NCBI GenBank assembly: GCA_030704615.1 | Contig: JAKLZA010000023.1 | Coordinates: forward strand, 3,001 to 67,000 | DNA length: 64,000 nt | Direction of reading: 5' to 3' | DNA from: Takakia lepidozioides | Lineage: Eukaryota > Plantae > Bryophyta | In this document: piece after piece, positions 55,080-64,000 of the stretch | Numbering within the stretch: position 1 is the stretch's first letter | How the letters are laid out: each line of letters begins with the position of its first letter | Translations under genes and position numbers: made by a program | The notes under the pieces: generated by a model | What the model saw: only the letters and a program-made list of their open reading frames with translations | Told to the model about the DNA's origin: nothing | The model's database searches: none

Positions 55080-58000
55080 CTATACAGAACGCTTGAAACT
55101 GCGACCTTGTGCAGTTTTTTTCTTCTTCTCAACTTCAGGTTTGCTCTATTCAGTGCCTGCATAACACCCAACATTGACTTCATATTGCTTTCCATACAAA
55201 CACAGTCACGATGCCCATTTGAAATCAGCAACACACTCTGCGAGAAGGAAGCTTCATTGTACTGTATTAATGTTTCCACTCGTCTTCGCATTCGAGTGTG
55301 CATGAAAGCCTTAGAGCACTGAAAACACAAGAGGGATGCCAAACAGATGTTAGACACATTTTCTACAGCCATTGAGAAAAACAAGAGGTAGTCAAACTTC
55401 CAACAATCCGTACAGTATTCAGGTCAGACAGGCACAGGATGCATCACTTTTCACGGAAACCACAATTTTGACTGTTTTTTGATCTATACTACCACACATG
55501 TTTCTCCATGCGCTTGATTCTCCAGGACTTCAAACCACTAGTTTAGAATGTGTCACTGAAACTGGCAATATGTGTGACATGCCAGGAGCATAACTTACGA
55601 CCTAATAAGGTAACAAAGAATGGAGGATGGAGGAAGACACTCGCATTGTGACGGACGATATAGAGTCTTCCGATCTCTTCTCGCCTCTGAGAGGCCTGGC
55701 AACAGTGGTGGGGTTAAATGCCCCAACGCATCTCAATTTCATTACCAAGAGCGGGTCAGTGACTTGGTGTACCTTTATATGGTAACTGACATAAGCATAA
55801 AACGTCGAAAGGTTCCAAACTATCTTATCCAGCTTGTCACCCTCAACATGGCGGGGGAAGATTACTACAGGCACCATCACAAAGTACATGATCAACAGAG
55901 CATGTGTTTTATTGCATGAACCAGCAGAGTCAGGCAACGACCACATTTTGCATACATATAATTAAGACTCTCAAGATACAATTGGGCCTAAAGAATGCAT
56001 AGGAGAGACTAACCAGCCAAGATAACATAAATGGCTGTGATATCTGTAACATTGGCAGAATGAGATTGAACTATCATCTCCAGATCAAAAACAACTCGTC
56101 ATTGCCTGAACTTTAAAGTCCCGAGGGAAGTACCAAAAGAAACAAAACCAGAGTTGGCATCCAATGCATGGGCTGGTGCTCCTTTCAGTTCAAGAGGTGG
56201 AATTGGCGACCATAAGCAAGGAGGTGCTGTACTCAGTCCTGCTGACCGCCTAGCCTCCATGAACTCCTGCCTCCCACCACCCACCCTCCTATGCAGTGTG
56301 AACATACTAAACCTCCCACAACACTGTCAACTGTCTCACGCTCCAAGTTGCCACCATGGTGAGATGGCAGCAATAAAAAGGTCTCTAACTTCCACCCTTG
56401 AGCCAAGAATCTACTGGCCACCCAAGATAGGATCATGATGAGATGCATTACGTACGGATGCTCACAAGTAAACACAAGGCCAATGTAGTAGTCATTCTAG
56501 TACACACGACCTGATTGTTAAAGAATGTCCATTGTCCTTGATCTCATCTAACACATAATACCGTGGATTCTGGTCCACCGCGACTTATAGATTGTAGCAT
56601 GTCATAGACCCCAGTGGCAGAAAAATGTGTTCTCCAGAAGCTGACTTTCACCTGCAGAAATGAAGTTGCAAGAATGATATCATTGCTGTCCTTGTATCGC
56701 ATTGGAAACACAACTGTCACTTTTCAGCCTGCCACCAATTTGCATCGTGTCACTTGCAATGCAAAGATAGATTAAGTCTGCCATTCCACAACCTCCAATA
56801 GGTGGAAGGTGGGGTTAAAGCTAAACAGACACCAACTGACAACTGAATAGAGAAAACACTTGTGGACGAGTGAAACCCGTAACTTATTCCAAACCCATGA
56901 ATGAAATGTGAAAGATCCTTTGGCACAGTAAATTGTTACAGGTTGTTTCCACATTCATGAGCTTTGTACCTATTGAAAATTAGTAAACAGGATCATGCAA
57001 AGGACGTGCCAAGGCTTCATACACATCTACATACAAAATGAGCAAGAAGGAAAATGAGGGTAAGAACACCTGTGGAATGAGGAAATAAGATTGTTTTGGA
57101 CGGTGCATAAGGGCAATGAGGCGGTCAGCATCAGGTGCAACATTCCTGGAAGCCAGATGCTTCAATATCTCTCGTAGTGGTGCTCCTAGCACTGTGGTCC
57201 GCAGCGCAGCCACTCTCGTCATCTGCTGCACCTGCTCCACTGCCCAAAACCCCTTGACTGTAAGCTGCGACATCCCCACCTGTCTACTGCATTGGAGAGC
57301 ACCTTAAATCTTTAGTGCACTCTTATTCACTGTCTAGAACAACAAAGAAATTTTGATAAGATGGCCAAGCCAACCTAAATTTTCAAAGATCTCTCAAAAC
57401 AGAATCCCACGATACACAAGTGGGCCATCCTAGTGTACATCTTAGTACCAAGTCACTTTGCAGCTAAACATGAGAAGCATCGCCACCATTTGAGCTACAC
57501 CCCAAATCCCAGATTTACAGACTCTGAGTTTTTGTGCCTTTGCTACTCAGGCCTCTAGACATTTCTTGCTACTTCACATTGCTCCTATTCCTGCATCCTT
57601 GATCCAGCAATATCGGCAAAATAAGTCTGCTCTCTAATAGTCAATTCTTAGTACAAATGCCCTTCTCTTAACAAAGGAATGAGCAGTGTACAGTGGATGG
57701 TGGAAAAGGACAGGCAACAAGAAGCTCCAATTCCAGATGAACACAATTACCCTGCCTGCATACAGTATGCTCAATACACCTAGGCCTGAAGCTCCATCCA
57801 CAGTCTGCTCAACCTTCAGAATCAAGATTCACTTACACAAGAGGTATCCCTATATCTAGTTGGCACAGAGCATTTGAGGCTTGGCCCACATGGACTTCCT
57901 TTGGCTTCTTTTGGCAAGGAAAATGTGTTTCTTTCCTTCCAGAAAAATAAGAAATAAAACCATGAGGTTTAAAATCTTACTTTCAGTCCTAGCACAGAGA

Positions 58001-59193
58001 AACACAGTCGCTACAACTTCTGGCATAGTTCTAATGTATACATGCTCAAGCATGGCCCTAGGAGCGGCCTTAGCAAAGCCAGACACCAACTAGGAAGAAC
58101 GAAGAGCAGAACAATGAGGCCCCACAGATCTCACAATCGTACCCTCACTTGCTGCAATTTTGCTTAGATCCAACTGAATTGTGAGATGGAAGCCAGATTC
58201 CGCAGGTTCCACCACTTGAATAAGTGCTCCATATGCAACTCGAACGGCCTCCATGGCACCAAATGGAAGGCCACCAGACAAAACAGTCTCTGGAGGCGGT
58301 GGTGGCAGAGCTATTGACAGTAGCATGTGTTGTGAATCCTTTACTGAAGCCTGCAGTGCATGGAGGTCACTCAATCAGCCCCCACACATGGTAGCACCAT
58401 TGGAAGCCAGGGTAAAATAAAAACTGATTCCTTCTTTTAGGAACATGTGAAAACATAGAAACAGTCATGAGCATTGTAAACCAAACCTAAGATTTATACA
58501 ACAGCATAGAGAGTAATTGAGTGGCTTCATTGCAACTTTTGATGCCCCACACAAAGTAGACAAATGCCTCATGAGCTTGGCGACTCTTGGAGCACCTGAC
58601 GATTGAAAGAGTTCAACACTCTACCGTTTTGAGGACAGAATAAGGAGCAGGAACACCACCTGGATATGATACCGCACATCATCAAACTCCACTAGATGGA
58701 AGTCCACTTCCGCAGGCTTGTCCAGACTACAACATCGCCAGAGTCATTCTTATGTAAGATTTAGGGATACTGCAAGTTTCCAAAAGATTCTGTGCTTGAC
58801 CTACTCCAATTCCTCCCACCGTACATTCACTACAGAAAAGCTCATAAGATATAATACTGTGAGAAATCACCGATGAGCATATACTGCCACGAGTATGAGA
58901 TTGAGTCATCCAAAAGCCAATATAACCCCAGACCCAGCTGATCCCACAATGGGTTCGAAACAATCACCAACGACTCGATGTTCACACCTGCCCGGCTAAT
59001 TACAGCTGAGAAAACGGTAACATCTGCACTACACTTCACTGCATGCAAACTTCTGGGGTTGGTAGTTAGTGACCTCGAAGACAACCCCATGCTAAACAAA
59101 ATGTGAAAAGCCTAAATCGATGGGTGCATACTTGCGGAGGCGTGTAAGCAGAATTTGCAGCAGCACTCGTGATTGCCCCTCCATGAGTATCAT
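55080..59193 (-). CDS. ARPC2: Arp2/3 complex subunit 2 (ARPC2A/DIS2-like), ~9 exons
   Basis: MILMEGQSRVLLQILLTRL; EFDDVRYHIQ; LPPPPPETVLSGGLPFGAMEA; VLGAPLREILKHLASR; VTVVFPMRYKD; EFMEARRSAGLSTAPPC; IFPRHVEG; FMHTRMRRRVE; GRSFKR. Confidence 0.93.
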
Positions 59194-60468
59194 CGCTGCC
59201 TCCTCCTCCCCTTTCTCCCGGATGCTTCGTGCTCAGATCTCACTGCACTAACCTACGTATCAGAAATCCACCCGCCCTGCGAGCTTCAATACACCAGATA
59301 CAAACATGCACACATCCAGATGCTTGAAATCCTAAACCACCTCAGCAACTCCTGGCGGCCTGAAATTCTCAGCACTGCAGACGGATGTAAGCACTGAAGA
59401 CGGATGAAAAGTTCTTCTTCCACACCACAGCCCTCTTCTGGGAATCCTGGAAGTCTTCTGAAGTCTCCAGGACTCTCATATGCTTTCAGATCCAGACCTC
59501 TCTTCCCTACTCTGACAACATGGGAAGCCCTGCTATATACATCATTGCAATCTACAGCGTTAGGTCTTGAAGCAGTGATGATGTCATGCAAGGTACTGTG
59601 GTGGAGACGAGCTGCATGGAGAGGCACATGTTCAGCTCTGTAATTGGTAAGGTGATGAATGAATAAACAGAACTATCTTGTGAAATCAGTGCGAATGGAT
59701 CTCAGAGAACTGCATTTGAAAGAAAGCTGTTTGTACCAGACTCCAACAGCTGTGAATGACTGTCACATGTTTCAATATGATTTTACAAGCACTTGGACTG
59801 TTGGATGTGGGCCAAATCCACAATTCCAACTTAGTCATACAGCAATCTCTCACTAAGCCTATGAAGATAGAACACTGCAATATTCAGGTAGCACATGAAC
59901 CGGGCAGACATTTTATTATCTCAGGAACAAGAGAAACTTGAATTTGTGGTCGTCTGCTAAGGCTAGTGTTCGCAGACACAAAAGATTTTACTTCTACAAG
60001 ATGGACCTGCAGAGGCAGAGGTCATCCTGCTCCTCGTACGCCTGCAAAGAGGCTGAGATGCATAGATTGATATGTATCTCATGCCCAAAGGCATCTCATG
60101 TCAAGATCAGATGTCTTTTTGCAGGCGGAGATCCTCTGGGTCCTGATTTTTGGGCCCATGTTGGACCCAAGAGCCTGAAAATCACGTTGGAACTCGCTAT
60201 TGCGTGGTCACCAGGGCTGACCATTGAATCCTGCAGACCTAGCCAATCTGACTTGCAGTAACTACAAGTACATGCTTGCTGATGGTAGTAAAATGAATAC
60301 ATTTGCAACATCAATTTCTAACTAAATGTTTAGACACCAGCTAGCCATCTGTAGACCACCGGTTGCAGGTAGTGCACAACTATTGAGTGGCTGGCAGTCA
60401 CACTCTCAATTGATATACAGAGTAGCAAAATGTTTGGATCTTGAAGCTGTCCAAAGTCAACCACCAAG

Positions 60469-63030
60469 TCAAGACTGTTGGGAACTTTCGCCCGTATTCT
60501 CCTCATACACCTCGACAACATCGTCATCTTCCATGTCCAAGTCCTTGGGTGTGGCATTAGGAGCAATCCGGTCCCCATCAAACCGAAAAACATAATTTGC
60601 ACTTGAACCCCCAACCTCTTTTGCATATACCGTGGAAAGCTTCTCAAACGGGTCACTCTGTCCAATAACACCCGCGACCATAATATCACACAGCAGTGTT
60701 CAGTGTATTCAGGCAGACATATTCTCATTTTGAGACACTAGCCAAGTCTACAAAGATATACGAACAAATAATACACCTTTTTTCATTCTTGTGTGAGTGG
60801 AAAGTAACCATGCTTATGAGACTAAATGTGTGTGGAAGCTCTTGAATCAAAGCTCAGAGTTAGCTCAAAGACAAGAATTTTGTCACCTTCATACAAATTA
60901 AGTTGATTTTAATTGACTGATCTGCGCTGCTGGACTCCTCTCTTTCAGGATCCATCCAACACAATGGTTATGAAGGAAAACCCTTAAAGCTATGCACAGT
61001 GTTCTTGGTGCTACACCACTTTGACATTTGATCCCTCATCTGCTTTGCAGAATACTAAGAAAGGCTAATGCTCTCAAACTGCTCGCATACCATGAATATC
61101 CGAATGGGATGGACAACTCCCATTCTTGTCTTGCACCCTTAGCACCACTTTCGGGCCTCTTGCAACTCCAGTAAAATCCGTAGTCTTTGTTTGACCACCT
61201 AAACTCGCTGTCTTCTTCATGATCGAAGCATTGTCTAATTGTTCGTTTCTAATCCGTGCTTCCAATGTTGCAAGTTTCGCAAGCTGCTCAGCCCTCCTAA
61301 GAGCTCCCTCTGATGCTTGAAGCAGCTCCACTCTCTTTTGTCTGTACAACGGATACCAGCACAACCCAACAACATAATGCAAAATTGAAAGCATTTGCTG
61401 GAAACAACAGGAAAAAATGTACAACGGAACAGGCAGTTTGCATTCCAAGTTCATATTAGTCTAACAGCTCTAACAATGTGTTTACACATCTGTTTAGACT
61501 TCAGGAAGACCTGTGCTATACATCACCAAGTTAAATTTGAAGTGGTCCCCAAGTAGATGAGGATACATCAAACTTCACGACCATTCCCATCCAATTCAAA
61601 ACAAAAAGAAGGTTAAAGCAGTTTCAACAGTACAAGTTACCTCAGCTGAGACAGTGTGGATACTGCAGACACACTGGGAGCTGCCACCCTGACACACTTG
61701 GGAGGTGAGGGAAGCCAATCCTCATCGTTACTGACCACCTTGATTACAGGTTCTGACTCCTCTGTGGATGCTGGTTCTGTACTGCTTACCTGTACACCAT
61801 GGACCAGGTCCAATCCATGGCAATACATTGTTTAGCATTATCATCAATGCCTGCACATTTTCCATATAATCATGAACCTGACCTACCCAGTATATGTGCC
61901 TTAATGTGTTCTATGAAACATTATACAATGACTAATGATGGTCACAACGAGAAGATTTCTCTAGCAGTGTGCACCAAAACTAGGGTACTGAGAGCAACCT
62001 TCCCAAGCATGCTTGCAGCACAGCGCTTGGTTCCATATCTCTGTCCAATCACAACAACATCTTCTTCTTCATCATCGTCTGCTCAATTGCAATATCAGTC
62101 AGGATAACTAGCCCATGCGTAAGTGACCACACAAACATGCACAGAACCATACATTGTGAAGTCAAAACTTTGAAGTACTCAAAATAAATACAAAGGCATG
62201 TTTGCAGAGACAAAAGCCTGTGTATAAGAGAGGCTTTACATATAAACTGCTAGGGCACAGCATACATGGGAGCCCTGAGCAACACACCAGTGGTCGCAGC
62301 TGCAAATTCTCAGAAGGTGGACCAAAACAATGAGAGACTCAACATTTTAAAAGAGGAGCCAGACCCCCCAAAACCCCCAGTGCCCTTTACAAGCAGTTCT
62401 TATGCTACAGTAAAACATTCTCAGTTTTCCACATGGTGTGATTCTGGGTTCAGTCCCTCCAATTGTCCAGGGGCCCTTTGGGCTGTGCTAAGAGCGTTAG
62501 GCACGGTAAAGTCACTGGACATTCAACACACCACACTTTCCTTTCCTTTCTACACAGGGTGAACATGACTTGAGAGTGTTCAGGGTGTGGTTCTGAGACT
62601 TTGCAAGAAATGAAGGCTGGTGACCCGGTTGTGTTCTGACTCGTCAAACAATAGATGGTTTATGTAAGACAAAGGAGGCTGTGTAGCTGTGACCTGCACA
62701 CCACATATGCAACACGCCTAGGACCAAGCAGGAGTTACAGATGGCCTGGGATACAAAATTGCCAGGTATGCAAGTAAAGTAACATTCTAGTACATTGAAT
62801 TCTGGTATTGGGACACTTCAGCAGTCGAGGACCAAATGTGCAGCTGGCAAGTGAACAAGAGGCATTATTGTCCATACTTCTCTGACAGGAGGGAGGCATT
62901 TCAACCAATAATTCACCTGGTAAGTCAGGCAAAACACTTACCATCATCCAGCAGAATCGGAGATTGTTGACTCTTGCCATAGTCAAACAAAGGCTCAAAT
63001 TCATCCTCTTCTTCCACCTAGGTTTTCCAT
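60469..63030 (-). CDS. Rad60/Esc2/NIP45-type SUMO-like-domain protein, ~5 coding exons
   Basis: N-terminal EDEFEPLFDY; EDWLPSPPK; KVVLRVQDKNG; C-terminal SLD DPFEKLSTVYA...FRFDGDRIAPNATPKDLDMEDDDVVEV with no terminal di-Gly. Confidence 0.85.
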
Positions 63031-64000
63031 GCCACAACAACCTTTAGTACACTGTCTACATCTTCTTGCTTGATAGGATGGGTTCAAGACGTGGATAGAA
63101 GATTTTGTTTGTCAAATATTGGGAGCAATAAATACCATGGTTAGTAAAGCACATAAAGCCAGAAGTATTGCAATCCATGCTAAACCACAAAATCAGTATG
63201 GGGACAACAACCACCCTAAGTCAGAAAAAATAAAAGAAAAGTCTCTATGAGAGCCTCCAGTGTAATCTGAATGACCGGAAGCACTTCCACAAAACTCCAA
63301 AGTGAACAGCAGCAATCAAGACAGACTTATGAAGCTCCTAATAGAGAAAAATGCTGGGACAGCCTAAAACCCCTGAAACACCCCTTTGTTGAAGGAGAAA
63401 CCTCACAATGCTGTAAAGGAGATCTAGAAGAGGGCAACACGTTCACATGAAGAAAAACCTATCGAGCAGAGACAAACAGGCAGCACATGATCGGACAAAC
63501 AGTGCCTTGAACGAAAACAGTAGGGTACAGCTTCTATCCCAACAAGTCATGATATTGACCTCCACTGACGAGACGAGGAGAAATTCCCACTTACTATATT
63601 CACGCATTCCCAATTCGATACAACCACAAACTCCAAATCACAAAATCCATCACATTCTCTACTCGAATGGGAAACACAAACCAAATCATTCCCTCAATTT
63701 CCCAAACGCCACTCGTTCTACCGATTTCCATGCCCCGACCAAACATATCCATCAGTTTCCTACTCAAACACGAAACAGACTCGTTCAGATTCTCCATTTC
63801 AAACGATACAAAGCAAATTCCAAGCACTCCCGCTAGCAGACTTTGCAGCATTGCAGAGATTAGGAAAGACCGAGACATGTAGAGTGCATACCGGGACTTG
63901 CATCGTGAGCGAGATGGTGTGCAGCAATCCAAGACCACGCCTCCCTTCGCCTCGATGGCGCCACTGCTCGAATTCCCTCCCTCTTGCGGCTATTCTAACA

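Noticed and set aside
60469-63030. Functional link between the host SUMO-like-domain gene and the MULE Ulp1 protease
   Set aside because: The MULE is a recent TSD-bounded insertion, so proximity is most simply chance. The SLD protein also lacks a cleavable di-Gly.

Overview
Eukaryotic nuclear DNA from a land plant, probably a non-seed plant (inference from gene content and divergence). Nearly every gene carries 1-bp indels, mostly in homopolymers, which looks like an unpolished long-read assembly rather than true pseudogenisation. 1-10 kb is transposon debris: a SWIM-finger fragment and two tail-to-tail Ty1/copia remnants. The first copia is split by two related GGG-terminus, 4-bp-TSD elements, one of which contains a nested hAT MITE. 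10-37 kb holds host genes: a SAUR, an intronless bifunctional GPAT, a plastid-type CK2 alpha, a small plastid membrane protein head-to-head with PHT2;1, and a giant IQ-repeat protein. 38-53 kb is a nested transposon stack: a Tourist MITE, then a TTAA/CCC-ended piggyBac-like element interrupted by an intact-looking 12.3-kb Mutator-like element. That element has a 9-bp TSD and long TIRs, encodes a DDE/SWIM transposase and a convergent Zn-finger/Ulp1-protease gene, and is saturated with a CAGTC(T/C)G motif. 54-64 kb holds ARPC2 and a Rad60/Esc2-type SUMO-like-domain gene. Best leads: the MULE with its motif arrays and accessory ORFs, the piggyBac-like and Sola-like elements in a plant, a tandem D-armless tRNA-like module, a possibly dual-start CK2, and G-rich 3' splice sites. 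All family assignments are from motif recognition and recall; no database search was run.
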